This document shows positions 1-9,855 of a stretch of 32,863 nucleotides of DNA, one piece after another (position 1 is the first letter of the stretch; every line of letters starts with the position of its first letter). Under the pieces are notes generated by a model. It made no database searches. It had not been told where the DNA came from and saw nothing but the letters and a program-made list of their open reading frames with translations. Made by a program: the position numbers and the translations under genes. This stretch comes from a virus (Duplodnaviria > Heunggongvirae > Uroviricota > Caudoviricetes): IMG/VR virus record IMGVR_UViG_2700989508_000029. The stretch is one strand, 5' to 3'.

Positions 1-411
1 ATGCCTGCCCCCGTCGTCCTGATCCTTGCGGCCGGGCGTGGAGAGCGCTTTCTCGCCTCCGGGGGAAATACCCATAAGTGTATCGGCTGGCGTCAGTCCC
101 CGGAGGTTGCGCCTTATCGCTGGCCATTTGAAGAAAACGGGAGAACTTTCGACCTTGCGATTGAACCGCAGATTACGACTAATGATCTGCGTCTGATGGT
201 GAGGCTGGCTCTTGCCGGCGGAGGAATAACAATTGCCACTCAGGAAACTTTCAGGCCATATATTGAAAGCGGTAAGCTTGTATCGCTGCTTGATGACTTT
301 CTTCCACAATTTCCGGGCTTCTATCTGTATTTCCCACAGCGTCGCAATATTGCACCAAAGCTCCGCGCCCTGATTGACTACGTCAAAGAATGGCGGCAGC
401 AATTGGTTTAA
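1..411 (+). CDS. LysR-family transcriptional regulator, C-terminal (substrate-binding) fragment; 5' end lies outside the window or the gene is truncated
   Basis: ORF runs to the window start; the C-terminal sequence (GGGITIATQETF...GKLVSLLDDFLP...FYLYFPQRR...LRALIDYV) resembles a LysR effector-binding domain; E. coli-like GC; sits outside the att repeat as chromosomal flank. Family assignment from motif memory only. Confidence 0.55.
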   Translation: MPAPVVLILAAGRGERFLASGGNTHKCIGWRQSPEVAPYRWPFEENGRTFDLAIEPQITTNDLRLMVRLALAGGGITIATQETFRPYIESGKLVSLLDDFLPQFPGFYLYFPQRRNIAPKLRALIDYVKEWRQQLV

Positions 412-537
412 ATAGCTGCACCTGCACTGCCTGATGTCAGAACAGTATTTTGATGAATTGCCAAGGTTACAATGGCACAAATGCGGCACAGGAGGAAACG
501 TGGTGTATTTAAATATGGGGTAACTCTTTGATTTTAA

Positions 538-556
538 TGGTGCCGATAATAGGAGT
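538..556. repeat. att core direct repeat (attL-type junction): tggtgccgataataggagt, identical to the 3' end of thrW at 31420..31438
   Basis: Exact 19-bp match seen in sequence; extends to about 24 bp with one mismatch (tt[t/g]aatgg...). An integrase gene starts 143 bp to the right. Confidence 0.8.
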
Positions 557-698
557 AAAACACTCGATTAATCTCGTGTTAATGCCATCACCTACGACCA
601 TTACTAATTGATTGAATCTTATAGAAAAATCATCATTTTCTATGCGTCACAATCAATTTTCACATTACAAACGCTCCGACACTTTAGCCGGAGATTTT

Positions 699-1976
699 AT
701 GAGATACAAGCCTAACCAATACTTAATCTGTGATTCTTACGGTAACTACTATTTGAGGATCACGTTGCCTGTGTATATGCAGCCCTTTTTTGAAGGAAAA
801 AGGACGTTTGTCAGGAGTCTACATACAAGTAATCTTCGTGTTGCACGTAGAAAGCGTGATCAGATTGCAGATGAATACCATTGTCTACGGGAGAGTGTCG
901 CCCCTGTAAACAGCACAATAGAGAACACGCTGGAGCTGTTACGCAGTAAGGCTAAATACGCCAAAACAGCTACCAGAATGCAAGATACAGCGTCTTCGTG
1001 TCCGTCATTGCTTAAAATTCTTGAAATCTACCTGACAATTAACAGCACGAAGAAGAAGCCAGCCACTTTAGCTAAGGCAAGAAAAGCGGTAGAGATGTTT
1101 CTCTCCTACCGTAAAAAGCCTGATATTGCATTGCAAGATGTGAGCCGCACCACTGTTACAGGCTGGATTGAACACATGCAAAAAACCCTTTCACAACAAT
1201 CAATTGCAAATTATATCAGCCCAATGGCCCAGCTATGGGAGTTAGCTTCATCACGTTACCACGATGCGCCAGAAAGGGCGCTCTCCCCCTGGCGAGGGCA
1301 TAGGCTTGATGTGGCACAAAGTAGAGAGAGCTATGAGGCATTTTCTAACAAAGAGCTATTGCAGGTGTTGCAAGTATTTTCCGGTAATTCAGCAGAAAAC
1401 AAAGAAATGATGGCTTTGTGTCTTATCGGTGCTTATACAGGTATGCGGATCAATGAGATAGCAAGTCTCACAATAGACGATGTGAAAGAGATCGAAGGTG
1501 TGCTGTGTTTTGAAATCACACAGGGAAAAACGAAAGCTGCGGCGCGTGTTGTTCCTGTACATAGCCTTATCACTCCATTGGTGTTATCTCTTCGTGAAAA
1601 GCCTCACAATGGCTTTTTGTTCTATCACGCCAGCATTACAGAGCGTGCTGACGGTAAACGCTCTACGTGGCATACACAACGATTTACAAGAGCTAAACGA
1701 AAGGCTTTAGGGGAAAAGGGAACAGAAAGGAAGGTGTTTCATTCTCTGAGACACGGAGTAGCACAGCTTCTTGATCGAAATCAAATTCCAGAAGACAGGA
1801 TCGCCCTTCTCCTGGGCCATACACGCGGCAATACAGAGACATTCCGCACATATAGCAAGAATGCAGCTTCTCCAGTAGAGCTTAAAAAATATATTGAGCT
1901 TCTACGCTACCCTGAAATAGAGAAAGGCTTATCAATCAATAAAAAATCAAATTTAAGGCGTAAAACAACGCCATAG
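699..1976 (+). CDS. tyrosine site-specific recombinase (integrase) of the left element
   Basis: Catalytic-domain motifs in order: MRINEIASLTIDDV (Arg), HSLRHGVAQLL (H-x-x-R), LLGHTRGN...TFRTYSK (His/Tyr). ORF track begins at a TTG at 612; I prefer the in-frame ATG at 699 with GGAG 5 nt upstream (ATG at 642 is also possible). Lies next to the att repeat. Confidence 0.75.
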   Translation: MRYKPNQYLICDSYGNYYLRITLPVYMQPFFEGKRTFVRSLHTSNLRVARRKRDQIADEYHCLRESVAPVNSTIENTLELLRSKAKYAKTATRMQDTASSCPSLLKILEIYLTINSTKKKPATLAKARKAVEMFLSYRKKPDIALQDVSRTTVTGWIEHMQKTLSQQSIANYISPMAQLWELASSRYHDAPERALSPWRGHRLDVAQSRESYEAFSNKELLQVLQVFSGNSAENKEMMALCLIGAYTGMRINEIASLTIDDVKEIEGVLCFEITQGKTKAAARVVPVHSLITPLVLSLREKPHNGFLFYHASITERADGKRSTWHTQRFTRAKRKALGEKGTERKVFHSLRHGVAQLLDRNQIPEDRIALLLGHTRGNTETFRTYSKNAASPVELKKYIELLRYPEIEKGLSINKKSNLRRKTTP

Positions 1977-1983
1977 ACGCAAT

Positions 1984-2020
1984 AAAGAGGCTTCAACATA
2001 ATTGGTAGCCTCTTTTATAA
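1984..2020. terminator. putative bidirectional rho-independent terminator between convergent genes
   Basis: Hairpin aagaggct...agcctctt (8-bp stem, ~14-nt loop) with A/T-rich flanks, between the integrase stop (1976) and the stop of the 2057..2770 gene. Confidence 0.4.
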
Positions 2021-2056
2021 TTACATCGTTACAGAGCGTTTTAGAGGCATTTACGG

Positions 2057-2770
2057 CTATTCCTGTTTAAAGGCAGGAGTAATAGTGTCTTCACCTTCAC
2101 TACTTGATTTTTCAGTGTTAACACGTTTTTTCATATTAGCCCCAATGTTCTTAGATGGCTGTGTTTTGAGAGCTACAGTGTTTACAGTGCCATAAGAAAC
2201 TAATCTGATTTGTTCAAAGCTAAGATCAAATACCAGAGATTCGCTTGCCTCTTCTGTGTATTCGATGCCTGTTAAAACAACGTTCTCAAAAGTTTTATTT
2301 TCTGTAACAAGAAGAAAAGGCTGTCTACTGTCCATAATCTGATTCAGGTAATCAATAGCTAATGATCTTCTGTTCCCGTTCACCCCTGCACTCTTTAACA
2401 AGCCAGGATCGCTTTTAATCGGTGTTTCAGTGATCCTTCCTTTAAGAGAAAACTTATTGTTTTTAATTTGAACGTGATCAGACACAGTAGCACCATTTTC
2501 TACGGGGTAGCTTGTAACATCTGCCGAACGTCTCACGTTCACATCGTCAACACTATCAAAGGCCAGTGCCATATAATTTTCATAAACGTCATTGCCAGAA
2601 GATGCCAAGCCACTGGTAACAATAGCAAATCCATTTTCGCCTTTTGTTGTATTAGCTTTGCTATTTTCGTTTTTTGTAGAGTTTATATCTTGTTCTGCTT
2701 TGTAAACAGCCTGAACGTGTTGTTCTGGAGTATTTGCTGCACGTATGGTTAAAATCCCGGCGGTCGCCAT
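2057..2770 (-). CDS. hypothetical protein (237 aa), last gene of the low-GC operon
   Basis: Long ORF, low GC; no recognisable motif. Confidence 0.5.
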   Translation of the reverse strand: MATAGILTIRAANTPEQHVQAVYKAEQDINSTKNENSKANTTKGENGFAIVTSGLASSGNDVYENYMALAFDSVDDVNVRRSADVTSYPVENGATVSDHVQIKNNKFSLKGRITETPIKSDPGLLKSAGVNGNRRSLAIDYLNQIMDSRQPFLLVTENKTFENVVLTGIEYTEEASESLVFDLSFEQIRLVSYGTVNTVALKTQPSKNIGANMKKRVNTEKSSSEGEDTITPAFKQE

Positions 2771-2804
2771 AATAATAATTTTCCTTGTAATGTTATGGCG
2801 GGAA

Positions 2805-4634
2805 TTACCCGCCGTTAGATTGTCCTGATAAGCTGGTTAATGTTAATGATTTCAAGAAGCTATCCCGACTTGCTCTCGCTGTAAAATCCACATAATCGCT
2901 TAATCTTGATGTGTCAGAATTAATAGTAAGAGGAACCTCCGTTACCACTTCAAAGGTTGGATTTATATTAAACACAGGAGATAAATTATAAGCTGGAGTT
3001 GTCATTGCAAGATTATTTAAAGCACCCTGTTTGAGATTGGTTATCGGTGCTTCGCTGACTGACATTTTTACATCTGACACAGAAGAAGCATTATCATCGA
3101 AAAGCAATCCCTTAATCGTGTTAAAGAGAGAATGACTATTATCAGGTGCAGTTGTTGCAGTTCCAGCGCCTTTATATTGGTCAGGAACGAGATTAGAAAG
3201 ATGCTGTTTCATCCCTTCATTGCTTAATGGCGGTGCATCACCTAAATTTTTCTGAATAGCATCTGTCTTATCATCATTACGATTAAACCAGTTTACAATC
3301 TTCATAATAGCCTCAAAGAGACTTCCTACAGCTTCTCCCAGCTTCGTAAAATACGGAGTGAGATTAGAAAGGTTTTTCATAAACTCTTCCGTTACTTTTG
3401 GATCGAGAGATTTCATAAAGCCGTCTACGAATGCTACTTGTCTTGCATCAGAAAGCTGTGAAAGCTGTCTGTTTAGTTCTCTGAATTTAACGATAGATTC
3501 TTGCTGTGTTTCTGTTAGCCATTTTCCAGAGGCTTTTTGCTGATTAATACTTTCTTGTACATCTTTAACGGAACGTTGCCAATATTTTGACGTAAGCATC
3601 AAATCATCGCCCAGGTCTTCTAAACGTTGTCCAATTTGGGAGTCTGAAAACCCTTTTTTCATCATTCCATTAACAGCCTTAGAAATTAATCCGGCTGGAT
3701 TATCAGCAAATTTTTTAAGGTCGCTTTTGTTAATAACACCGATGTTTAGAAGTTCATTAATAGCATTATCACCGCCTTTCCATTCAGATTTTCCTTTCTT
3801 GTCTTTCAAGAATTCAGCTTCACTGTAGGATTTTGCGGCACGTTCCCTAACATCTTTCATCTGATCCAGGTATTTCCTAGCCCCTTGATCACCCATCATA
3901 GAGTCAACGCCGTTTCTATAGGCCCATTCTGTAATGTTGTACATCTGGTTAACGTCTACACCGCCCAGCTTGGCCCGTTGAATTAGCTCCCCTTGCGTCT
4001 CTGCGTTAGCGAAGCTGTTAGCCATAAATTCAGAGGTTTTACTAACAGCCATCACGCCAGCGGCAGCCGTAGCGCCTCCAAATAACAGAGCGCCCATCGT
4101 GGCGGAATTCCCTGATCCTCCCTTAACGGGGGCTAATTGAGTTTTTCTATTGCCATTAATCTTACGTTGTTGTTGTTGTAAGCGTTTCATTTGGCTATTC
4201 ATACGTGCAAGCGAGATAGCGCCTTGTTCGTATTGTTTCGCTATCTCTCTAGCCTGTGCAATAGCTTTGTATTGTTCCGCTACAGAGAGGCGGTGCATTG
4301 CACTTATAGAGCTTGACACATCAAGGAGTTTTAATTCTGCTTTCTCCTTACGTGCTGCTATTTGTTGCTGTTGCCTTGCCTGTGCTCTTGCTGCGGCAGC
4401 TTGTGCTCTTTGATTCTGTTTTTCGGTTTTAGCTTTCTGTTGAGCAATCTTGTCTACTTCGTTTTGTGCTTTCTTATAGCCTTTAGTGACATTATCAAAT
4501 CTTAATTTAGCTGGCTTGATGTTTTCTGCGAATTCCTTTAAGCCTGTAATAGAGTCTTTCGCTTTTTTCAAGCTGTCTTTATCTACACTAAATGTTACTG
4601 TGTTCTTAATTTTAGAAGTGTTAATTTCTAACAT
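2805..4634 (-). CDS. hypothetical 609-aa protein with N-terminal coiled coil and a Gly/Ala-rich hydrophobic segment (tape-measure-like or injection-like; speculative)
   Basis: ATG at 4634 preceded by aaGGGGA; Q/A/R/K-rich heptad-like N-terminal region (QRAQAAAARAQARQQQQIAARKEKAEL); GALLFGGATAAAGVMAVS hydrophobic stretch; no Walker A or other catalytic motif seen. Confidence 0.55.
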   Translation of the reverse strand: MLEINTSKIKNTVTFSVDKDSLKKAKDSITGLKEFAENIKPAKLRFDNVTKGYKKAQNEVDKIAQQKAKTEKQNQRAQAAAARAQARQQQQIAARKEKAELKLLDVSSSISAMHRLSVAEQYKAIAQAREIAKQYEQGAISLARMNSQMKRLQQQQRKINGNRKTQLAPVKGGSGNSATMGALLFGGATAAAGVMAVSKTSEFMANSFANAETQGELIQRAKLGGVDVNQMYNITEWAYRNGVDSMMGDQGARKYLDQMKDVRERAAKSYSEAEFLKDKKGKSEWKGGDNAINELLNIGVINKSDLKKFADNPAGLISKAVNGMMKKGFSDSQIGQRLEDLGDDLMLTSKYWQRSVKDVQESINQQKASGKWLTETQQESIVKFRELNRQLSQLSDARQVAFVDGFMKSLDPKVTEEFMKNLSNLTPYFTKLGEAVGSLFEAIMKIVNWFNRNDDKTDAIQKNLGDAPPLSNEGMKQHLSNLVPDQYKGAGTATTAPDNSHSLFNTIKGLLFDDNASSVSDVKMSVSEAPITNLKQGALNNLAMTTPAYNLSPVFNINPTFEVVTEVPLTINSDTSRLSDYVDFTARASRDSFLKSLTLTSLSGQSNGG

Positions 4635-4648
4635 TTAAAATCCCCTTA

Positions 4649-4852
4649 TTAATCATTTTTATCACCTTCTTTACTTAAGAAATGGTGTAGAGCCTGATCA
4701 ATACTCTCGTTTAATCTGAACATACGGGCTTTTACTCCTTCATATGGAACATCTAGGAGAGAACAGAGATATTTCAGATTTAACAAGCCTCTAGAATCAT
4801 TAGCATCTAAATGTACGTGTACACCATTTTTTGATTTCAAAATCACTTCCAT
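4649..4852 (-). CDS. hypothetical small protein (67 aa)
   Basis: ORF with GAGGTG upstream of the ATG; lies between the terminator and the 609-aa gene. Confidence 0.4.
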   Translation of the reverse strand: MEVILKSKNGVHVHLDANDSRGLLNLKYLCSLLDVPYEGVKARMFRLNESIDQALHHFLSKEGDKND

Positions 4853-4865
4853 ATTTTAATCACCT

Positions 4866-4920
4866 CTCAAAATTTAAAAAAATAAAAAAAAAGGCGAAGC
4901 GTGAATACACGCCACGCCTC
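4866..4920 (-). terminator. rho-independent terminator downstream of the 342-aa gene
   Basis: Read on the minus strand: imperfect GC hairpin ggcgtggcgtg...cacgcttcgcc followed by ttttttttt atttttttaaatttt; immediately 3' of the gene ending at 4937. Confidence 0.55.
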
Positions 4921-4936
4921 TATTACACGTTAAATA

Positions 4937-5965
4937 TTATTTAACAGTGATTTGAACGGAGAAGCCTACACCGTGGTTTACAACCATCTGGCTATTCTCT
5001 GTAACAACGTTAACAGCATCACCACGAGAAGATTCATAGCTATAGCTATACACCTCAGCAGGAGCGGCATTGATCAGTTCAAAAGTGCTGGAAGCAGCCC
5101 CGTAGATGTTCTGATATACATTAGAGCCTTTAGCAAACTTCGGAATCGCAACCGCATCAGAAGTCATATGTGCAAGGTGTAGCGGATCTACCAGTTTAAC
5201 AACATCAATGTTAGTTCCTGGGATAGTGAACGCTGTCACCCCTGGCAGCAGGTCACGACGCTGATACACAACGTTCCCCTCTTCCAGTGGGCTTACATAC
5301 TGGAATGCGTTTGCCATACCAGCAGAGAATCGAATTGCGGAGAAGGCTTCAGGTTTACAGAAAACAACAATACGCTCTACAGCAGACGCCTGGCTTTGTG
5401 CTTTCTCGATAATGTCAGTAGCAATCTGATCAAATTCTTTAAAAATCTTCGTGGTGTCAGTGCTGGAAGCGTTCACAGTGGCTTTCATAGCTGATACGTT
5501 AAACAGCTTGCCCCATTCGATAAGAACATCATCAGTTTTCGGTGTATAAGTTTTGCCCGAGAACAAAGAAGCAGCCAATACGCTCTCTTTTGTACGCTGA
5601 TACGCTACGTGGTGTTTAGCGATATATTCCGCATAAATATCAGTGAGTGTTTCCTGGAAATCAGTGCCAGGTTTACGTTTGCCTTGAACATCAGAAGGAC
5701 GGATCACATCTTCACGCAGGAAGTAAGGGATCTCGATCAGCCATTCTTTACCTTGTTCTCGCTTAGTAACATTGTGTTCAGAACTAAAACGGCTTGTCTC
5801 TTTGTTAAAGAGAGATTCGTTGCTTTCGACAAGCTGGGAAACAGCTACTTTATGAGATGTAACCCCTACAGAATCCGTAAAATCAAGAGTAGAGAGCAGG
5901 AAGTTACGCGTGCTGTGTGTCTGGAACAGAGGGATCAAATCAACGTAATCATTGCCTAGAATCAT
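4937..5965 (-). CDS. hypothetical 342-aa protein, possibly a highly expressed structural protein (major capsid or tail-type; speculative)
   Basis: Long ORF followed directly by a strong terminator; preceded by a 120-aa gene with an ATGA start/stop overlap pattern further upstream, an arrangement reminiscent of decoration/capsid gene pairs. No motif-level proof. Confidence 0.55.
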   Translation of the reverse strand: MILGNDYVDLIPLFQTHSTRNFLLSTLDFTDSVGVTSHKVAVSQLVESNESLFNKETSRFSSEHNVTKREQGKEWLIEIPYFLREDVIRPSDVQGKRKPGTDFQETLTDIYAEYIAKHHVAYQRTKESVLAASLFSGKTYTPKTDDVLIEWGKLFNVSAMKATVNASSTDTTKIFKEFDQIATDIIEKAQSQASAVERIVVFCKPEAFSAIRFSAGMANAFQYVSPLEEGNVVYQRRDLLPGVTAFTIPGTNIDVVKLVDPLHLAHMTSDAVAIPKFAKGSNVYQNIYGAASSTFELINAAPAEVYSYSYESSRGDAVNVVTENSQMVVNHGVGFSVQITVK

Positions 5966-5983
5966 TTATTATTATTCCTTTTA

Positions 5984-6346
5984 TTAAGAAGTGAAAACAG
6001 AATGGAACCCTTCAAGCTGGAAGCCTTTTTTAATTAATGCTGTTTTTGCTGCTTCACTTACAGCATTCAGCGCATCAGCTTTGATGCATACAAGCCCAGC
6101 ATTGCTACGTAAAACATCTACAGGTTTGTTTTCTCCAGCCGTTACAAATTCACTCATAACAACATAGATATCATCTCCTGATACATATTTAGCGCCAGTG
6201 CTGGTGATCAAGTCGCCGCATTCAACATCAGCAGGAAGAGAAGCAAAAACCTTGCTTTCTACAGAGGCAAACGGATCAGTACAATAACTTACAATATCTG
6301 TGAAAGTCTTTCGAACTGGAAACAGAGTGTCTAAATCAATAATCAT
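5984..6346 (-). CDS. hypothetical protein (120 aa)
   Basis: ATG at 6346 with GGAG upstream; its start overlaps the stop of the upstream gene (ATGA). Confidence 0.5.
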   Translation of the reverse strand: MIIDLDTLFPVRKTFTDIVSYCTDPFASVESKVFASLPADVECGDLITSTGAKYVSGDDIYVVMSEFVTAGENKPVDVLRSNAGLVCIKADALNAVSEAAKTALIKKGFQLEGFHSVFTS

Positions 6347-6555
6347 TTAGTAATCTCCTTAGCTTTTAATTTGATTAATTCATTAAGGGAAGGTGTAGAC
6401 GGAGAAGAAGGAGAAAAATATTTTTCAACACATCTTTCTACTTCTTCTACAGAACACCCAGCGTATTTAGCTACCATTTCGGTAATTTGTGGATTTATTT
6501 TCAGCATTTCATCTTTATACTTGATGATTTGCTCTTTATCATTTAAGAACAACAT
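6343..6555 (-). CDS. hypothetical protein (70 aa)
   Basis: ORF translationally coupled to the downstream gene. Confidence 0.45.
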   Translation of the reverse strand: MLFLNDKEQIIKYKDEMLKINPQITEMVAKYAGCSVEEVERCVEKYFSPSSPSTPSLNELIKLKAKEITK

Positions 6556-6904
6556 TTATATAAACCTTGTTACCTTGTTTAAAGTAAGAAATACAACTTT
6601 TAAGTTGCATAACGGGCAAAATAAAAGGCAGCATTTAGAGCCGCCTTTTATTAACTTGTACCTATGTAATTACCCTATGTTATGCATACTCCAAGATGTA
6701 TGCATAACAAAGGAAAAAAGAGGTAATAATGACACAGTATTTACTTAAGGAGGAGAAGCGGGGAGCGGAGATTTTACTCCCCTTTAACGACAAGAAGAAT
6801 TTTTAATATCGAACCAATAAAGGAAAAATAATCACCCCATATAATTATATTAACATATAATAGATGGAATGTCAAGATATTTTACAACTTTTTTGTTGCT
6901 TTTT

Positions 6905-7240
6905 TTATTCTTCTGTGATAGTGCCTAAGCGTTGAGCGAGTTCGACAAGTCCATCTCCCACATAGCGAACATCAGATTCGATATCTTCTATCCAGTTTGA
7001 TAGCTCCCATATCTGATCGGCTGTCAGGTATGCGTTTTCGCGCTTACAGAGCATCTCTACACGCTTAGAGAGGTGCTCAAAGGCATTCACAGCTAAATCC
7101 CAGTGTTTAAACGCCTCATTTAGTGACGCTGGTGTGTTTTCTTTGTATGCTTCAAGTTCAGCGCGGTTTAAAGGCAGAAGGTAATCATCCTCATAATAAT
7201 TAATTAGTGAGTAAATTGTGTCATACGTGTTTTTGTTCAT
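6905..7240 (-). CDS. hypothetical acidic protein (about 111 aa)
   Basis: ORF track gives 6905..7267; I prefer the ATG at 7240 (MNKNTYD...), which has GGAGA 8 nt upstream and sits 1 nt after the upstream gene's TAA. Confidence 0.45.
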   Translation of the reverse strand: MNKNTYDTIYSLINYYEDDYLLPLNRAELEAYKENTPASLNEAFKHWDLAVNAFEHLSKRVEMLCKRENAYLTADQIWELSNWIEDIESDVRYVGDGLVELAQRLGTITEE

Positions 7241-7241
7241 A

Positions 7242-7652
7242 TTAAAAGTCTCCATAGTGATCAGCATTATCTAGAATCTGGAAGTCTGGAACTAAGTTAT
7301 TTAGGCCATTTGTGGCGAGATAACCAACGTAGTGGTTATAGTCTTCAAATCCTAAAATCTGGTATTTGCGTAAATCAGAGCTATCAACGATATACTCTTT
7401 TCTTTTTCTAGGTTTCCAGAATACGCCAGGTGTTGAAGATAAGATTTCTTGTAAGGCGTTAAATTCATCTCCGCAAGGCACAGAGGGAGAATGTTCTATG
7501 ATCTCTGTTTTCCATTCGCCAGGGGCGCTATTTTGCTTGGTGAGCGTAACTAGCTCTTTAAAGTCTTTGCGTCTTAGAATAGATTTAGGTTTACTTAGAA
7601 GAGAAGCTGAATCCCCGATTTTCTTAACAACGTTGTTTTTTCTTTTTGCCAT
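7242..7652 (-). CDS. hypothetical protein with a basic N-terminus (136 aa)
   Basis: ORF; K/R-rich N-terminus (MAKRKNNVVKK) suggests nucleic-acid binding (inference). Confidence 0.45.
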   Translation of the reverse strand: MAKRKNNVVKKIGDSASLLSKPKSILRRKDFKELVTLTKQNSAPGEWKTEIIEHSPSVPCGDEFNALQEILSSTPGVFWKPRKRKEYIVDSSDLRKYQILGFEDYNHYVGYLATNGLNNLVPDFQILDNADHYGDF

Positions 7653-7784
7653 TATTTACTTTTCCTTTTCTTTTAAAGGAAAACACCCCGAAGTATGTTT
7701 CTAACGTGAGAAAGAACAATAACCAATACATAGCTACTATCATAATAATGTTTTCCTTTTATATTTTAATTACATAGAGAGATT

Positions 7785-8063
7785 TTAGAGAGTGGAATAG
7801 ATGAATTCTATTTCTTTATCTAGTCTTTTGAGATTGAATGTAGAGAAAGATAATTCTTTAATTTCTATAACACCGAAGTTTGATAGCTGTTTCAGCCAGA
7901 ATTTTAAACCATCTTCAGAGCACCCTGCTCGATGTAACACATCGCTATATTTTAGCGGTGTTGGCTTTCCTTTATAGAGGTAAGCAAGTGTTTCGTAGAT
8001 GCGTTTTCCTGTGTCGTTACACTGAATTCTGTCTACTTGATTTTTTACTAAATATTGAATCAT
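7785..8063 (-). CDS. hypothetical protein (92 aa)
   Basis: ORF with GGAGG upstream of the ATG. Confidence 0.45.
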   Translation of the reverse strand: MIQYLVKNQVDRIQCNDTGKRIYETLAYLYKGKPTPLKYSDVLHRAGCSEDGLKFWLKQLSNFGVIEIKELSFSTFNLKRLDKEIEFIYSTL

Positions 8064-8074
8064 AACCCTCCTTA

Positions 8075-8767
8075 TTAAAATGGAATATCAAAGTCTTCGT
8101 ATACTTTGGGATGTTTCTTAGCAAAATATGCCTCAATACCATTTGGTAGCTTTAACCTGTGCTTATAGGCTAACGATGTTGCAAATTCTATAAATGATGC
8201 TCCTCCTGTTCTAGTATTCTTCTGCTTGATAATAAGAGAGGCAAAATTCTTTAACACATCCTCCTCATTATCATTAGCTACCTTTTCACTTGATGAAACA
8301 GGTGTTTCTTCCGTCTCCCACGGTAAAGGCGTATCCCAATCATCATCAAGAACATCAAAAGAAGGCTGTTTATGGCCTTTAGGTTGTTCCTGTGCTTCTT
8401 CTGCCTCAGAAAGATCAGAGAGTGATGATTCTCCTGGGGGAGTAATATGTGCATCTGTGAGAGGGAGAGCATTGTAAATCAAAGATGAAATATACGGATC
8501 AGGATGTGGGGATGTTTCTAATAATCCCATCTCTTTAAGATCGTTTATCTTACGTTTAATTGTTGACGCTGAAGACTTAAAAATCTTAGCTAATGTTTCG
8601 TGACTTTCATAACAATTAAGGTTGTTTTCCTGATAACTAAGGAATCGAAAATAAAGCACAATATGTAATAGATCTAAATCTTTTCCTTGAGGGAATTTAT
8701 CAGAATAAATCTTTGATACATTATCAAACGTGTCATAGTGTTTTGTAAAAGTTAGTTGGTTAATCAT
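8075..8767 (-). CDS. winged-helix DNA-binding protein, replication-initiator/replisome-organiser-like (putative Rep)
   Basis: N-terminal pattern LHIVLYFRFLS...ETLAKIFKSSASTIKRKINDLKEMGLLE resembles phage replisome-organiser / RepA_N winged-helix domains; acidic C-terminus. Start placed at ATG 8767 (AAGGAG 8 nt upstream) rather than the ORF-track 8791. Confidence 0.5.
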   Translation of the reverse strand: MINQLTFTKHYDTFDNVSKIYSDKFPQGKDLDLLHIVLYFRFLSYQENNLNCYESHETLAKIFKSSASTIKRKINDLKEMGLLETSPHPDPYISSLIYNALPLTDAHITPPGESSLSDLSEAEEAQEQPKGHKQPSFDVLDDDWDTPLPWETEETPVSSSEKVANDNEEDVLKNFASLIIKQKNTRTGGASFIEFATSLAYKHRLKLPNGIEAYFAKKHPKVYEDFDIPF

Positions 8768-8820
8768 TAAAAATCTCCTTGATGTAATCACGCTCTATGG
8801 CGCTACTATGGTGATAAAAA

Positions 8821-8991
8821 TCACTTGCTTTTATTTGAGAGTGTTTCAGCCTCTCTTTTCAACATATCAAGAATGTAATCTGTGACAGTGATCCGTCTAC
8901 TTCTGGCTTCTTTAAATAACACCTGAAATACTTCATCAGGAATATGAAAGCAAGTGCGTGGTTGTCTTTTCTTTTCTGTAGTTTCGCTCAT
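8821..8991 (-). CDS. ribbon-helix-helix (CopG/Arc-like) DNA-binding protein (about 56 aa)
   Basis: Start at ATG 8991 (MSETTEKKRQ...) with a strong AAGGAG 6 nt upstream; sequence PRTCFHIPDEVFQVLFKEARSRRITVTDYILDML fits a beta-strand/helix/helix RHH fold. Confidence 0.5.
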   Translation of the reverse strand: MSETTEKKRQPRTCFHIPDEVFQVLFKEARSRRITVTDYILDMLKREAETLSNKSK

Positions 8992-9010
8992 AGTTTTCTC
9001 CTTCTCTTCT

Positions 9011-9199
9011 TTACTCTGTTTCAGATTCTTTTTCATTTTTTCTTAGTTCATCAATAATCTTGAGTGCTTCATTGAAGCAAGCTGCTCGCTCTGGATAACC
9101 TCGACTCCTTGCCATATTACGATTCATTACTACTTGGTGGCGTGTAAGCTCACCTTTTTTAAATGCCTGGACGACGTGCTCAGGTGTAAACCATTTCAT
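9011..9199 (-). CDS. hypothetical small protein (62 aa), first gene of the operon
   Basis: ATG with AGGAG 8 nt upstream; an upstream promoter-like region contains three aaaacgctct repeats (9430..9600). Confidence 0.45.
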   Translation of the reverse strand: MKWFTPEHVVQAFKKGELTRHQVVMNRNMARSRGYPERAACFNEALKIIDELRKNEKESETE

Positions 9200-9855
9200 A
9201 AAAAACTCCTTATTCAGTTAAAAGAAAAAACACCTTGCAAGCCTGACGGCTTCAAAGTGCATTGATTTTGATTATTTAGAGAAGAATGTTTTTCTGTCCC
9301 TCTAATACCTATTATTACATATAAAGAAACATTTGTCAATACCTTTTCATAAAAAATCTGATCTTTTTCATGCACTTACATTTTTTCTTAGCAATTCGTG
9401 CTCTCCTATGTAGTGCTATTCTTCCTTATTGTCTAAAACGCTCTAAAACGCGTTCTAACGAGATTTTGATAAAAGCAATACATTCCCTTATCTAATGGCT
9501 GTTTAGCTCGCCAGAGGCTTATTTAAGTGGCTTATTTTGTATTTGTTAGATGATGATAGATATAAAACAGAGAGTCACTTTATAAAACGCTCTGTAAAGC
9601 CCTGTAGTGAGTTTATTATATGTAGGCAATGCGTTTCCATTCCCTACCCTGCTTAATGTTGTTAGAGAAGCATTTAGACCCCTTATTTTTAATTACCTAA
9701 AGTATCCTCTATACATCTCTGTTATGAAACACCTCTGAATCCTTCATAAAACACATTATGACGCAAAGAACACTTTTCTAAGGTGATTCCCTTCCTGAAT
9801 GCTGTTTCTTGCGTCAGAGAGCTACACAGAGCTTATAAAGATATTATTAATAATA

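Noticed and set aside
1498-4413. Nested ORFs 1498..1710, 2468..2752, 3358..3543, 4150..4413
   Set aside because: Inside or antisense to the integrase, the 237-aa gene and the 609-aa gene; Cys-rich or low-complexity translations typical of out-of-frame reads.
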